A DNA stretch of 64,000 nt from assembly GCA_963675745.2 (NCBI GenBank), contig CAXXWX010000004.1, forward strand, positions 1-64,000, in the 5' to 3' direction. A program made the translations under genes and the position numbers. Shown here one piece after another: positions 30,743 to 42,163 of the stretch; position 1 is the stretch's first letter; each line of letters opens with the position of its first letter. This DNA comes from Phycisphaerae bacterium (GTDB lineage: Bacteria; Planctomycetota; Phycisphaerae; UBA1845; Fen-1342). The notes under the pieces are model-generated. The model was not told the origin of the DNA and did no database searches. It saw nothing but the letters and a program-made list of their open reading frames with translations.

Positions 30743-32482
30743 TCATCTACTCCACAGCAAAGCCACGAATGCGTCGATGTCACCATTGTTCATCCAGCCG
30801 TCGCCGTTTATGTCACCAAGCATGATGTCGCAGTCCGGGTACTCGGCCGGGTATTGCTCCGGATACGACAGCGCGAAGACGAAGGCATCGATATCGCCGT
30901 TGTTGACCCAGCCGTCGCAGTTGAGGTCGCCGTAGCTGTGTGAACCGAATTCGTATGCTCCCATGTCAACGACGGGAGTGCCATTGCCATCGCCGTCCCA
31001 GACGCGCGCACAGCCCTCTCGATCGGTTTCACCGGACGCGGCGACGAAGTTTGGATCGCCGGCGTCGACGCACGTTGAGTCTATCGTCAGCCGGTAGTCG
31101 TTATCTTCCCACGTGTTGGGATCACCGTCAGGTCCATTGGGGTCGGCAAACAGCGGGTCGTCGTCGACGTTCCCGTTGCCGGTCCAGCCGCCCGCAATGT
31201 CACAGTAGGCTGCGAGAACGTCGCCGGACGCAATGCTAATCTCCTGTGGCGTATCACCCCAGAGGATGCAGTTCGTGAGCGTCGTATTACCTCCGTCACA
31301 GAAGACCGCGGCACTCCACACGGCGGCCCTGTTCTTTGAGATTGTGCAGTTGTTGAAGGTCGGGGCGCTGTTGCTCGAGTAGATGGCACCGCCGTCGTAG
31401 GTGCTCACGTTTTCGGTGATTCGGCAACTGACCACCGTGGCGTTGCTGAGATCGAGGCAGGCGATGCCGCCACCGACCGTGCCGCTCGAGTTGTCGGCGA
31501 TTGTGCAGGCGACAACAGTGGGGCCGGCCGAATTGCAGATTATGCCGCCTCCATAGGACCCGGCGTTGTTGGTGGCGATCACGCAATCGACGATGAGCGG
31601 GTTACTCTCGCGACAGTGGATGCCGCCGCCGATCATTGGCGTGGAGTTCCCTGAGATCGTGCAACTGACAATTGTCCCGTCGCTGAAATCAGTGAACGCG
31701 ACACCACCACCATAGTCGCCCGACGTATTCTCCAGAATCGTGCAATCAGAAATCACAGGCTGGCTGTATTCCTCGCAATGGACACCGCCGCAGGCGTCGG
31801 TTGTTGTGTTCCAGGACATGTCACAGTCGGTGATGGTTGGGCTGCTCAGGTAGCACTGAATGGCGCCACCCTCCTCGGCGAAGTTTGCATTGATGGTGCA
31901 GTTGGTGATGGTCGGGTCGCTCTCCACACAGCAGATGCCGCCGCCGAATCCGAAGTCCAGAATGCCCCCTTCAGTCGCGTGATTGCCAGTGATCGTACAA
32001 TCGTCGATGGTCGGGTTGCTCATCTCGCAATAGATGCCGCCACCGTTGACGGATGCCGCGTTCGCCGTGATTGTGCAATGGATGATCGTGGGGTCACTGT
32101 TAACACACTTGATGGCACCACCGTTGTCGGCGTATCCGTTGGTGATTGTGAAGCCATCGACGATCGAGGTTTCGGCCTCGCTGGACACAAAGCAGAAGCC
32201 GCGGCCGCTGGCTTGGCAGTCGATGATGCAATTGTCCGGGCCGTTCTCGGAGCGGACAGTGATTGCTTTGCCGCCAAACTCCAGGTCTTTGTTCCCTGTT
32301 CCAGTGTATGTGCCGTCGGCGACAATGACCTCTCCACCGGGAAGACACGCGTCGATGGCCTCCTGGATCGTGGTGTATTTGTCCGGCACCTTCAATGGGT
32401 CGGCCAGGACGGTGGCGCTGGTCAACGCCGCCACTAACACCGACACCCACAAGTTGGCCCCCTTCGTGTACTGCCTTGTCAT
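30743..32482 (-). CDS. Secreted right-handed beta-helix repeat protein, dockerin-like tail
   Basis: GGAGG SD, signal peptide, same repeat type and C-terminal block as 25380-28916. Confidence 0.9.
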   Translation of the reverse strand: MTRQYTKGANLWVSVLVAALTSATVLADPLKVPDKYTTIQEAIDACLPGGEVIVADGTYTGTGNKDLEFGGKAITVRSENGPDNCIIDCQASGRGFCFVSSEAETSIVDGFTITNGYADNGGAIKCVNSDPTIIHCTITANAASVNGGGIYCEMSNPTIDDCTITGNHATEGGILDFGFGGGICCVESDPTITNCTINANFAEEGGAIQCYLSSPTITDCDMSWNTTTDACGGVHCEEYSQPVISDCTILENTSGDYGGGVAFTDFSDGTIVSCTISGNSTPMIGGGIHCRESNPLIVDCVIATNNAGSYGGGIICNSAGPTVVACTIADNSSGTVGGGIACLDLSNATVVSCRITENVSTYDGGAIYSSNSAPTFNNCTISKNRAAVWSAAVFCDGGNTTLTNCILWGDTPQEISIASGDVLAAYCDIAGGWTGNGNVDDDPLFADPNGPDGDPNTWEDNDYRLTIDSTCVDAGDPNFVAASGETDREGCARVWDGDGNGTPVVDMGAYEFGSHSYGDLNCDGWVNNGDIDAFVFALSYPEQYPAEYPDCDIMLGDINGDGWMNNGDIDAFVALLWSR

Positions 32483-32707
32483 TTTGCCACCCTCCGTCAA
32501 CTGAATGAAGCGCACTGCCCGCCATTTCGTGAACGATGCAGCCTGCGCCTGTTCACACCCCCTGGGTTTGACCTGATGCCGAAGACCGGCGCGTTGCCCA
32601 CTCACACGCTGCCAGCTCTCTCGATTCACCATATGGCCCGGCTCGGGCCACGTCACGCATCCACCTGTCTGACTCATTGCCGACTCTCCCGCGTCCGGAG
32701 CTGCCGG

Positions 32708-32869
32708 TCACTTGTTGCTGAACGAGCGGCGGTATGGTGGCGGTGGGTCGCCGAATATCTCGCGGGCGCCGGACCACTGGCCGTCGATTTGTGCGCCGCG
32801 CCGGGCAGCACCGGCGCAGAATACCGCTGCGGTGGCGAACGCTACGCGCGCCAGACTCTTCGTCATCAT
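32708..32869 (-). pseudogene. Truncated 5' duplicate of the BNR-propeller gene
   Basis: MMTKSLARVAFATAAVFCAGAA..AREIFGDPPPP parallels MITRSLARVACAAAVVFCAGAA..AHETFGDPPPP, then stops. Confidence 0.8.
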
Positions 32870-32967
32870 GATGTACCCCCTGTCTTCCCCGGCGCGGCGA
32901 CGCCGGGAAATCAATGCCCGGCATGTGTTAGCGCCGCCGGAACGTTCTGAGGCGACATTGAGCGAGA

Positions 32968-35900
32968 TCAGCTACTCGACAGCAGAGCCACAAATGCGTC
33001 GATGTCGCCGTTGTTAATCACTCCGTCTTCGTTGCAGTCCGCATTGTTGATGTTGCAGTCAGGATACGCGGCGTCATAGCCGCCGGGCTCGGTCAACGCC
33101 AATACGAATGGATCGATATCGCCGTTATTGATCAGCCCGTCGCAGTTCATGTCGCCCAGCACGTCGCCCTGGCACTCATCGGGTATACCATTCTCATCCG
33201 TGTCAACCGACAGGCCGCCGGCGATGTCGCACTCGTCCGGGATGTCGTTGCCGTTGCAGTCCTGACTAGTCTCCGCGGCGATGTCGTCGGCATCGTAAAT
33301 CCCGTTGCCGTTGCAGTCGGCGCATCCATCCACGTTGATGGGGGTACCGGGTGGAGTTGCGGGGCAGGCGTCGCAAACGTCGCCGACACCGTCGCCATCC
33401 GCGTCGAGCTGATCGGAGTTCCAGGTAAGTACGCAGTTGTCGCAGGCGTCGCCGACCCCGTCCTCATCGCCGTCCACCTGGGCGGGATTTCGGATCAGCA
33501 GGCAGTTGTCGCACGCATCGCCGCGCCAGTCGCCATCGGCGTTCGCCTGATCCGGGTTTTCCGTGTAGTCACAGTTGTCACACTCATCGCCCACACCATC
33601 GTCGTCGGTATCGGTCTGGTCGGGGTTGGGCGTTGCGGGGCAATTGTCGCAGGTGTCACCGACCTCGTCGCCGTCGCTGTCGAATTGGTCGGGGTTATAG
33701 TCAAGCGGGCAGTTATCGGCCATATCCATCAGGCCGTCACTATCCGAGTCCATCAGCGTGCCACAAATCCACCCGGTAACGGTGACCGCATCCAGGCCGG
33801 CCTCCACGTATCCCGAGGGTGGATTATCGCTGGCCGAGAAGCGTAACTCCATCGCCTCACTTAGCGTGACCCCGGCGGCTTCGATGTCACTCTGTCCGAT
33901 GACGTGCCGTCGCCACTCGAGGTCGCTGGTGTCGTGTCGTGCGATCTCGATCCAGTTACCATCACCGGCCACGTCGCGAATCTCAACCAGCAGGCGGTCG
34001 GCGCCGGACTGGTTGTTCATCGCCAGGTAGTAGTAATAACTGATGGTCAGTTGTCCGCCGGAGAAGTCGCGCACGGGTGTGAGCAGCGCGACGGTTCCGC
34101 CATCGATATCGCTGTTGCCGGCGGTATTGTCGGTCAGATAGCACTTCCCGCTGCCGTCGCCGTCGGTCTTCGGGTTCCACACATAGTTGGGATCAACGTA
34201 GTTGACCGGCACGCCGCGTTCCCAGTCGCCGGTCAGCGCGCCGAGGTTGATCGCCGTCCAACCCAGATCCGTCTCGAAATCGTCGTCGAGCATGATTGTA
34301 TACTCACCGACCGCGGCGGTATGAACGCCGGCGGGGGCATCGGCGGGGGCGTAGCGGGTGGTGCCCCCGTTGCCGGCGGCGCTGATGTAGTATTCGACAA
34401 GCGTGCCGCATACCACCGGCGGAATCGTGGCGGCATAGAGATTCCCACCGAGTGAAGTCAGCGCAGCGCTCTCAAACGTGCCGCCGTCATAGCGATAGTG
34501 CAGCGTGCCCGAACCGGGCACATAGCTCTCAGTTCCGTCGACAATCTGCACCACAACCTCGGTGTCCTCACCCGGGGCCAGACCGATTGGAGCACCGTAC
34601 GGCAGCAAGACGCTCAGCGGCGGATCACTCGCCTCCATGGCGATGATCCTGACGTCGTCGATATTCCATCCGCAGCCGGCCCCCGCCCCATCACTGTCAC
34701 CCATCGTCCAGCGGATATACACGCTGGCCTGCCCGTCGGCGTAGTCCGCGATGTCAAGATCCTGTTCGACCCAACCATAGTCGAACACGCGCCCGTCATT
34801 CTCCCAGACGGGCCACCAATCGTTGCCATCTGTACTCACGCTGATCGCGGCCTGGTCAAACTCGGGAGCCTCGACACCCAGCCAGCGGCGGAATACCACG
34901 TGTACCTCGCGCAGCCCGGTGCAGTCGATGGCGCCGGTTGTCAGGTGGGCTGGGGCGAGATTGGGTTCGTAGTCGCCGGCCAGGTTATACCCGTATACAT
35001 AGCTGCCGGTGCATCCGCTGCTCGGGTCGGTGTTGCCGAGCTCGCCGCCGGCGCCCAGCGGCGTGCCGAAGGCCCATGCGCCGTCGGTGCTCCAGCCGGG
35101 GTCTGTGTCGAATGACCACTGGTAGACCACGCGCGGCACGCCGACGCGCAGCGTCAGTTCGCGAACCGTATCTCCGATGTGGGCGCTGCTGTTCACGAAC
35201 TCGATAGAGGCCAGGTGGTCACCGGTTGGCAAGGTCTCGGCGATTGCGTTCGCCGTTGCGCTGGCTTCGCTGGCGCTCACACCCGGCAACGTGCCGACGC
35301 CATCGGCTATTGAGAGCCAGGTCTGTGCCGTCGAGACGGCGAAGTCGATGGCGCCGCTGCCAATGTTCTGCAACGTATAGGCCTGTCCCTCCGGCACGAA
35401 CGGGCCGCCGGGGACACCGACGAGCTTGCCGGGTTCGTGCGGCTCGATGCGCATGCCGACAACCGGGCTGACCGGGATGGTCGGGTCGCCAAAGAGATTG
35501 GCCTCGTAGTAGATCCAGCGCATGCAGGCGCCGCCGATGCGCCAGAGATTATCCTCTTTCGAGTCCTGATTGGCCCGGCCCAATTCGCGCTTGTTTTCCT
35601 CGGGGCTGAAGACCGCGTCCCAGAACTCGCGATCGAAACGCTGCGATGGGCCGTCGGTGCTGTAGCTAGTGCCCCAGCCATAGCGCGCATTCATGACCAC
35701 CGCAAACGCGCCGTGGTCGGTCTTGATGTTAAAGGCCTCGGCGATGCAATCCTGCTCATCGAAGTGTCCGGACAGGCACGCCTGCGAGTAAATGAAGCAC
35801 AGATCCTCATTGGTCAGCGAACCGGTCACCTGGCCCGACACGAACTTCATTACATAGTTGGGGCTGCCGTGACCGAGGTGGTTGATGATGTGCAGCCCGG

Positions 35901-37290
35901 TATTGATGCGGCTGACCAACTCTGAGCGGGGCCAGTCCTGATCCGGTTGCCAGTCGCGGTCGTACAAACGGCTGACGGTGTACTCATCCGACGGAATGCC
36001 CACAGTCGTATATCCGTGCAGGTCTGACCCATCAACGATCTGATTCATCATGGCCGCGGCATACTCGGCAACGCCGCCAAAGCCCAGCCACTCGCCGCAC
36101 ATCAACACGTGTTCGATGCGTGAGTGCTGATGGTCCAGGTACCAGATGGTCTTATTGACAAAGCGCGCGGCCTCGGTGGTGTCTCCCACCGGCGCGCGGC
36201 CGACATACACTTCGGCCAACAGATCGACATCGCCGCCACCCTCGCCGTCCGTTGGCTCACCCCAGCGGGAATCGCCGTCATAGTTCCAGGTGCCGTCCAG
36301 GCATCCGAAGTACACGTCGCCGGGCATCTCGTATTCGATCTCGGCACCGTCACCGTCCCAGGAGCGCACGTACAGGTCTTTTGCGGGGATCAGGTCGTCA
36401 TCGCCGCCGATGAGGACATAGCTGATGCCATCGCTGTTGTAGCGTTCGCGGATGTAATCTCGCACGTCGTCAGGGTCGCTGCCGCCGACGTCACTGGTCG
36501 TGCGGATCTCGGTCGCCAGGCCGGCGGCATCATGGAAGTCCTTCAGCGGCTGAAACGCACCCGCCAGCGCCGGCGTCGTCAGGATCAGCAGGTCATAGCC
36601 GCGCGATCCGCGCGTGGCCGTCGTGGGGTAGGTGGCCAGCGCGGCCGAGTTCTCGACGTGCGTGGCCGCCTCTTCAGCATCCGACAACCAGCCGCGATAC
36701 AGCGGCGCGGCCCGGCCGGTTTCTCGCGTGTGGATGATCACCGTCAAGCGTGGGTAATAGGCCAGCTCACCTGTTGTCGGGGTGTATTGCACCGGCTGGA
36801 GCTTGAGTGTCAGAATGCGGAAGCCGCGAAAGCACTGCGCGGCGACCACGTCGTGGTGCCGTGCCGGGTATGCGGTGGCCAGCGCGTATATCGCGGGGTC
36901 CGGGACGGGGGTGCTCTCAGGCCCTGGCCCCTCGCAGAGCTTGTATGGACGGCCCGCGGGCTCGACGACGTAGCCGGCACCCAGGGAGACGCGCTCGCCG
37001 GGCCGCAATTCAACGCTTGCCAGCTCGGTGCCGAACGGAAGCAACACGCGCACGCCGCGCGCGGGCAACGCGGGCGCACCTGGGGCGCCATCGCTGGTGG
37101 TGTCGGACATTTTGAGCCGGTGGTACCAGCGGTCTCCAAGCTGGATCGGCGTGATCTCGGGGCGCTCGAAAACACAATCCAGCGTGATATCCGCGGATGC
37201 GGCGGTGCTGAGCAGGATGGCGAGCAGTGGGCCGATCAATACTGAAATGCCAAGCGGGCGAGTGCATGACGGTGAGTTGGCTGAGTCCAT
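32968..37290 (-). CDS. C25 (gingipain-family) cysteine peptidase with propeptide, TSP3 repeats and dockerin-like tail
   Basis: GAPALP propeptide, [15 protein letters not shown], catalytic INHLGHG and SQAC, LFGDP; DNCP..NPDQ.D.DGD repeats. Confidence 0.9.
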   Translation of the reverse strand: MDSANSPSCTRPLGISVLIGPLLAILLSTAASADITLDCVFERPEITPIQLGDRWYHRLKMSDTTSDGAPGAPALPARGVRVLLPFGTELASVELRPGERVSLGAGYVVEPAGRPYKLCEGPGPESTPVPDPAIYALATAYPARHHDVVAAQCFRGFRILTLKLQPVQYTPTTGELAYYPRLTVIIHTRETGRAAPLYRGWLSDAEEAATHVENSAALATYPTTATRGSRGYDLLILTTPALAGAFQPLKDFHDAAGLATEIRTTSDVGGSDPDDVRDYIRERYNSDGISYVLIGGDDDLIPAKDLYVRSWDGDGAEIEYEMPGDVYFGCLDGTWNYDGDSRWGEPTDGEGGGDVDLLAEVYVGRAPVGDTTEAARFVNKTIWYLDHQHSRIEHVLMCGEWLGFGGVAEYAAAMMNQIVDGSDLHGYTTVGIPSDEYTVSRLYDRDWQPDQDWPRSELVSRINTGLHIINHLGHGSPNYVMKFVSGQVTGSLTNEDLCFIYSQACLSGHFDEQDCIAEAFNIKTDHGAFAVVMNARYGWGTSYSTDGPSQRFDREFWDAVFSPEENKRELGRANQDSKEDNLWRIGGACMRWIYYEANLFGDPTIPVSPVVGMRIEPHEPGKLVGVPGGPFVPEGQAYTLQNIGSGAIDFAVSTAQTWLSIADGVGTLPGVSASEASATANAIAETLPTGDHLASIEFVNSSAHIGDTVRELTLRVGVPRVVYQWSFDTDPGWSTDGAWAFGTPLGAGGELGNTDPSSGCTGSYVYGYNLAGDYEPNLAPAHLTTGAIDCTGLREVHVVFRRWLGVEAPEFDQAAISVSTDGNDWWPVWENDGRVFDYGWVEQDLDIADYADGQASVYIRWTMGDSDGAGAGCGWNIDDVRIIAMEASDPPLSVLLPYGAPIGLAPGEDTEVVVQIVDGTESYVPGSGTLHYRYDGGTFESAALTSLGGNLYAATIPPVVCGTLVEYYISAAGNGGTTRYAPADAPAGVHTAAVGEYTIMLDDDFETDLGWTAINLGALTGDWERGVPVNYVDPNYVWNPKTDGDGSGKCYLTDNTAGNSDIDGGTVALLTPVRDFSGGQLTISYYYYLAMNNQSGADRLLVEIRDVAGDGNWIEIARHDTSDLEWRRHVIGQSDIEAAGVTLSEAMELRFSASDNPPSGYVEAGLDAVTVTGWICGTLMDSDSDGLMDMADNCPLDYNPDQFDSDGDEVGDTCDNCPATPNPDQTDTDDDGVGDECDNCDYTENPDQANADGDWRGDACDNCLLIRNPAQVDGDEDGVGDACDNCVLTWNSDQLDADGDGVGDVCDACPATPPGTPINVDGCADCNGNGIYDADDIAAETSQDCNGNDIPDECDIAGGLSVDTDENGIPDECQGDVLGDMNCDGLINNGDIDPFVLALTEPGGYDAAYPDCNINNADCNEDGVINNGDIDAFVALLSSS

Positions 37291-37759
37291 GCGTGTTGCG
37301 TTCCTTTCCGGCTCGTGGTCGGCAGGCGTCGGGGGCCACTACGTGACGCCGCCTCCGACCTGGAAATACCCCTCATGCCGATCAGCGTTAGTCGTGCTGA
37401 TCGCCGTGGCGCACGATCAGCAACACCGCGCGGCACAAGCACGAGTATAACGCCGCGTTCCCGCGTCCATGGAATCGTCATGTCGAAAATCTCGCCCGAT
37501 GCTGCCGCGCGCTCGTGAAATCCGCGTGGACGGCCGCTCGAATTCGGCGGCACTGGTTGTTATGTAGCGCGGCGTCCCCGCATGGCCGACAGAGTATCGC
37601 ACTGGCCCCAGGTTCTTGTGGTTGTTCCAGGGCGGGATCAGGCGGGGAGAGATCCTTCCGGGAGATGTTGAGGCCTACGGAACATCCACACACCGGAGGC
37701 TGGCTTCGGCGAGATCCTGTTGCTGCGGAGATCAACTCCACGCAACGCGGCTCAGTCCA

Positions 37760-37930
37760 CGATCATATATATTGCACATGTAGGAACAGAAAACAACATA
37801 AACACACTATTATCGACAATACACATCGCTTGTGGCGACAGAAATACACAAAGTTTGACATAAAACGATTATTGTGTCATAATATGTAACAGAGTTATCG
37901 CCCTTACAGAGCAATGATGGTGGGAAGTCA
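37760..37930. promoter_or_regulatory. AT-rich divergent promoter region
   Basis: Sharp AT enrichment between divergent genes; TTGACA near 37856 followed by CATAAT-like sequence upstream of the prepilin gene. Confidence 0.5.
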
Positions 37931-37975
37931 ACCGCGAGGCGCTCGTACGACCCGGTTGGGTTGAAGGAGGATGTG

Positions 37976-39067
37976 ATGTTCCGCCGAAGACTGGCCGCCT
38001 TTACGCTCATCGAACTTCTGGTTGTCGTCGCGATAATCGCGATGCTCATCTCCATTCTGCTGCCGAGCCTTCAACAGGCACGCGACAACGGCAAGAAGGC
38101 GGTCTGCCTTGCCAATTTGCGCGGCATTAGCGTCGCTACGCAGGAATACGCCAATGAGGACCAGATGGAGTTGCTCATGCCGATCCACCAGATGCAGGTC
38201 AACAACACCGCGCTGTTCAGCGGCGACTTCGCGGGAACTCGCTGGGCATGGATGACGGCGAACTGGTTCTCGTTTGGTGGAGCGACAGCGATCGATGAGT
38301 TCTTGTGCGTCGAGGGGCAGGGGCCCCGGCTTGGCCAGGGCCGCACCCGATACTGGGGGGCCCAGACACGGCCGCTCAACAAGTACCTCTACCCGAGCAT
38401 CACAGAGGATCCGGAAGATGATCGTTACGAGCACAACCTGAAGCAGTTCCAGTGCCCGGGCGATCGCGGCTACCCCGATCACGATGACATCGATGACTCG
38501 CCGCGCGCCAATGCCAGGCGTGAGTGTTATCGTACGCTTGGTAACAGCTACCGCGGCAGTCTGGCTTGCGCAGTCAACGCCACCCCGACCGGGCCGACCT
38601 ACCGCGGCGCGTTTGCGGTTGGCCCGTGGGGACACAAGGTCTCCGATATCGTAAATGTGTCGCGTCTGGTGCTGCTTGGCGAACCGACGTTCTTCAACAT
38701 GATCGGGGCCAATGGCGATACTGCGCCGGTCGTGGTCGTCACTGGTTGGCATCGTCAGCTTCTGAAAGACAACGTGGCCTATTGCGATGGTTCGGCGCGC
38801 ACGACCACCGTCGAGCGCGACGCGAACGGTATCGCACTGAAGGAAATTCGTCCCAGCAAGCTCGTCGATGAGTCGTGGGCGAACAACGGATTCCGGGCCA
38901 CCACGTTCCAGATCGACACCTATCCAACACCCGGTGCGCTGATCTGGGCCGCGAGCGACGAGATCCGCGACGGCCTGACGAGCGGTGCTGAAGGTCGTGC
39001 GAAGTGGCCGTACGCGCGCTACCGGCACAACCTCGTGCCGGTCAGGCCGCCTTGGGAGTCGCAATAG
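37976..39067 (+). CDS. Prepilin-type N-terminal cleavage/methylation, H-X9-DG protein
   Basis: [38 protein letters not shown]. Confidence 0.92.
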   Translation: MFRRRLAAFTLIELLVVVAIIAMLISILLPSLQQARDNGKKAVCLANLRGISVATQEYANEDQMELLMPIHQMQVNNTALFSGDFAGTRWAWMTANWFSFGGATAIDEFLCVEGQGPRLGQGRTRYWGAQTRPLNKYLYPSITEDPEDDRYEHNLKQFQCPGDRGYPDHDDIDDSPRANARRECYRTLGNSYRGSLACAVNATPTGPTYRGAFAVGPWGHKVSDIVNVSRLVLLGEPTFFNMIGANGDTAPVVVVTGWHRQLLKDNVAYCDGSARTTTVERDANGIALKEIRPSKLVDESWANNGFRATTFQIDTYPTPGALIWAASDEIRDGLTSGAEGRAKWPYARYRHNLVPVRPPWESQ

Positions 39068-39298
39068 GAAGCTGTATTCGAGGATGGAGACAGAAGGATG
39101 GAGAGAGTCGGATTGCCGTGGCGGCCGCGCGGGCCGGCCGCGGCATCCGCAGTGCCGATCGCGCGCATGAAACTGTCATATCGACACAGACGCTGCTGCG
39201 GTTGCCATCTGCCGCGCGCCGGGCTGTAGCCCCAGTGAATTCGCTCCCGTCTTGCCCGGCCCGGCGCGCCGCCTATCAAGCTCTGTCGGGTTTGAGAA

Positions 39299-40633
39299 TC
39301 AGTCCGACGGTTGCTGCCGGGGCGTGGGGCTCGGCCGGGCAGTTACATTGGCGGCGATGCCCTGCGCCAGTTGCCGTAGATCCACGCCGAGGACCGCTTC
39401 GAGGCTGGCCAACGACTCAGAGAGGATCTTGGCTCGGCTCAAAGCGGCGCCGGCGACAGCTTGGCCGTCGCCGCTGTCGATAACCGTTACGTTGCCCAGA
39501 TCGACGTTCTTGACCGTCTCGGCCAACTCCGCCACCACCTGTGGCATCATCTCGACCAGCATGACCTTGAGTGCGTCCGGGTGCTGCTGGATCGCCTGGC
39601 CGATCTGCTCGATCGCAGCGGCGCGAGCCCTGCCTTCCTCGAGCGTGTGAGCCGCATCGCCGGCCGCCTTGGCCCGCGCCACATCGCGCGCGGCGATCGC
39701 CGCCGCTACTTGCGTCGCCGCCAGGCGGGCCTGTTCGGCTTTCGCCTCGGCCTCTTGTTGGACGGCCTCTTTCAGGGCCGCCTCACGGGCGAGCTCGGCC
39801 TTACGGATGCGCAACTCGTTGTCGGCCTCCGCGATGGATTTTTCCGCGCCCAGGCGGGCCTGCTCGGCACGCTGATGTGACTGGGCCTCGACCGTTTTGG
39901 CTTCGGCGTCGCGGTTGGCCTTGGCCTTGCGCGCCTCAGCGGTGGCTTCGGCTTCCTTGATCACCGCTTCGGAAGCGCGTTCCGCCTCGGCCTTGCGCGC
40001 GGCGGAGATCACTTCGGCGCGGGCCTTGCGAGCGATGGACTCCAGGTACTGCTCCTCGTCATGCACGTTCTGGATATTGACGCTGTCGATGATCAGGCCG
40101 AGTTTGCGGAAATCGTCGGTCACCTCGTTCATGACGGTGGCGACGAATTTATCGCGGTCCTCGACAATCTCCTCGGGTGTCATCTTGCCGATCACGGCGC
40201 GCAATCCACCTTCCAGCGTTTCGCGCGCGACGCGCTGTAGCTCCTGCATGGGCTGCCCGAGAAAACGCTCGATCGCGTTGGTGCGCTCGGAGGGATCCGA
40301 AGAGACCTTCACATTCGCGACGCCGGTGACGATGATCGGCATCATCGTGCCGCCGCCCGACTGGGCCTTGACCTCGAGCCCCACCTGCATGTTGCGCAGG
40401 CTGACGCGCGCGACCTTCTCAACGACTGGGATGACCAGCGTGCGGCCGCCGATCAGTGTGCGATAGCCCAAGCCGTCGCGCTGGCGGCGACCGCTGATGA
40501 CCAGCAGCTCGTTCGGGCTGCCCACGACGACCAGCTTCGCGATCGTCACGATTACCGCGACCGCGATAACCAGCAGAACAAACCCCAGGACGATTACGCC
40601 TTCCATCCCGGCGACCAGTAGCGTAGCGTTCAT
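39299..40633 (-). CDS. Flotillin-like SPFH protein
   Basis: N-terminal TM, PNELLVISG, AIERFLG, LEGGLRAVIGKMTPEEI, Ala/Glu coiled coil. Confidence 0.93.
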   Translation of the reverse strand: MNATLLVAGMEGVIVLGFVLLVIAVAVIVTIAKLVVVGSPNELLVISGRRQRDGLGYRTLIGGRTLVIPVVEKVARVSLRNMQVGLEVKAQSGGGTMMPIIVTGVANVKVSSDPSERTNAIERFLGQPMQELQRVARETLEGGLRAVIGKMTPEEIVEDRDKFVATVMNEVTDDFRKLGLIIDSVNIQNVHDEEQYLESIARKARAEVISAARKAEAERASEAVIKEAEATAEARKAKANRDAEAKTVEAQSHQRAEQARLGAEKSIAEADNELRIRKAELAREAALKEAVQQEAEAKAEQARLAATQVAAAIAARDVARAKAAGDAAHTLEEGRARAAAIEQIGQAIQQHPDALKVMLVEMMPQVVAELAETVKNVDLGNVTVIDSGDGQAVAGAALSRAKILSESLASLEAVLGVDLRQLAQGIAANVTARPSPTPRQQPSD

Positions 40634-40645
40634 CTTGCGTCCTCC

Positions 40646-41362
40646 CTATGTTGAACGCGCGCGGCGTTCAAACTCCACGCGCGATACCACTTGCGCCACA
40701 CCGCCGCGATAGCCGACCACGACCACCTCGGCGCCTGTTGCGAATTCCTTGACCGGCCCGACGGCCACCGCGGGCACGTAGCGCTCGGCGTTGCGCACCT
40801 GAAGTGCAATCTCACCCTTGGCGGGTTGCCGGATTGCAATCGTTACTCTGGCCAGCTTGCGGACATAGTCCTGCGGCCGCGTGGCGCTGTCGCCGGAGGT
40901 CTGCCGGATGACGCGCAGCAACTGGTGTACCCCCTGGCCGACGATCAGCCCGCTGAGCAGCGCAATCGCGAATGTTGTCCATTGGTTGAGCTCAGTCATG
41001 TACCGCAGCACGACGCCGAATGCGCCGAACGTTGCGGCGAAGTAGACCAGGAAGCGCAGCGAGAGCCACGACGACAGCGCGAGCCCATGACCGTGATCGG
41101 CGTCGGCCGCGTGCGTGTCGAGCGCGTCGTGCGCATGGAGCGCCTCGGTTCCGTCGAGGTCAGCGCCGAGGGCCCCGTCAGTGTCGAATTCCACGTCGGC
41201 GTGGACATCGACATCGAGGCCGCCACTCGCGTCCGCGTCGCCATCGTGCCCACTGAGAAGTGTGAGCGCGACCAGTCCACCGCCGACGATCAGACACACC
41301 CAGTACGCACCGGACAGGATCGTAAGTGAGTCCGCCGCCAGCATCATGAGTGTCAAGGGCAT
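40646..41362 (-). CDS. NfeD-like (YqiJ/YuaF-type) membrane protein
   Basis: TM, Asp/His-rich loop, two more TMs, C-terminal OB-like domain; directly upstream of flotillin; GGAGG SD. Confidence 0.88.
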   Translation of the reverse strand: MPLTLMMLAADSLTILSGAYWVCLIVGGGLVALTLLSGHDGDADASGGLDVDVHADVEFDTDGALGADLDGTEALHAHDALDTHAADADHGHGLALSSWLSLRFLVYFAATFGAFGVVLRYMTELNQWTTFAIALLSGLIVGQGVHQLLRVIRQTSGDSATRPQDYVRKLARVTIAIRQPAKGEIALQVRNAERYVPAVAVGPVKEFATGAEVVVVGYRGGVAQVVSRVEFERRARST

Positions 41363-41460
41363 GGTCAACCTCCGGTCATCAGGCATGGGGCGTAACCGGC
41401 GCTGCGGCCGGTGCCGCGGTTGCCTGAATACAGCGTATCGCTTCACGGAGGGGCGTCCAT

Positions 41461-41514
41461 TCGAATACGCGCGGAATTCCATAATCATCGAATACGCGCG
41501 GGATTCCATAATCA
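41461..41514. repeat. 27-bp tandem duplication
   Basis: TCGAATACGCGCGG(A/G)ATTCCATAATCA twice. Confidence 0.85.
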
Positions 41515-41790
41515 GGCGGCGTGGACAGGTCCGGTATGGTCGGGAGCGTGGGTGGCGCGTTTACGAGCGGCCGCGCGCCTTCCGGCGGTCATCTACCGCC
41601 GCGTGGACGACATGGAAGCCCACGTGGAAGCGACGGTCGCCAACATGGACGCGGCGATCACGGACGGGGGAGCGGCGGTTGTGCGTTCTCCGGCGGTCAT
41701 CTACTGCCGTGTGGAAGACGCGGTCGCCAAGGTGGAAGCGGCGGTGGTGCGTCTTTGGGCGACCTTGTGTACGCTCCGGTGCGGGGCGGT

Positions 41791-41846
41791 TCTCAGATCT
41801 CAGATTGTAAATCTCAGATCTCAAATCTCAGATTTCAGATTCCAGA
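41791..41846. repeat. Heptamer tandem repeat (TCTCAGA-like, about 8 units)
   Basis: tctcaga tctcaga ttgtaaa tctcaga tctcaaa tctcaga tttcaga ttccaga. Confidence 0.85.
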
Positions 41847-42163
41847 GCCTGGCAACGCACGCACGCGCGTGCGGACGCCCGGTGAATCTGGTTCTCGCGG
41901 CATGGCAAAAACCTGTCAGAAACCCCGACGTCCGGGGGTATACTGCTTGTAGAGGGAGCACGTGAACGTGCAAGAGTGCCGCGCCCATCGCGCGGGCACG
42001 TGAGGGCCACGTGGCCACGATGTGGCACAAGCCGCGGGCAGGCACGCGCCTTTCGCGCGCCGGCATGTGAGGGTCACCGGGGCCTAGCCGGCACCGCTGA
42101 GATCATCGGCGCACGCGCCTGTCGCGCGCCGGCACGTGAGAGCCACCGCCGGAGGGATTGATA

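Noticed and set aside
39299..41362. nfeD-flotillin as part of the ESCRT-like system
   Set aside because: A common stand-alone operon about 28 kb away; no evidence of linkage
41411..41965. 184-aa ORF with repetitive sequence
   Set aside because: Arises from degenerate intergenic repeats; no SD or recognisable domain
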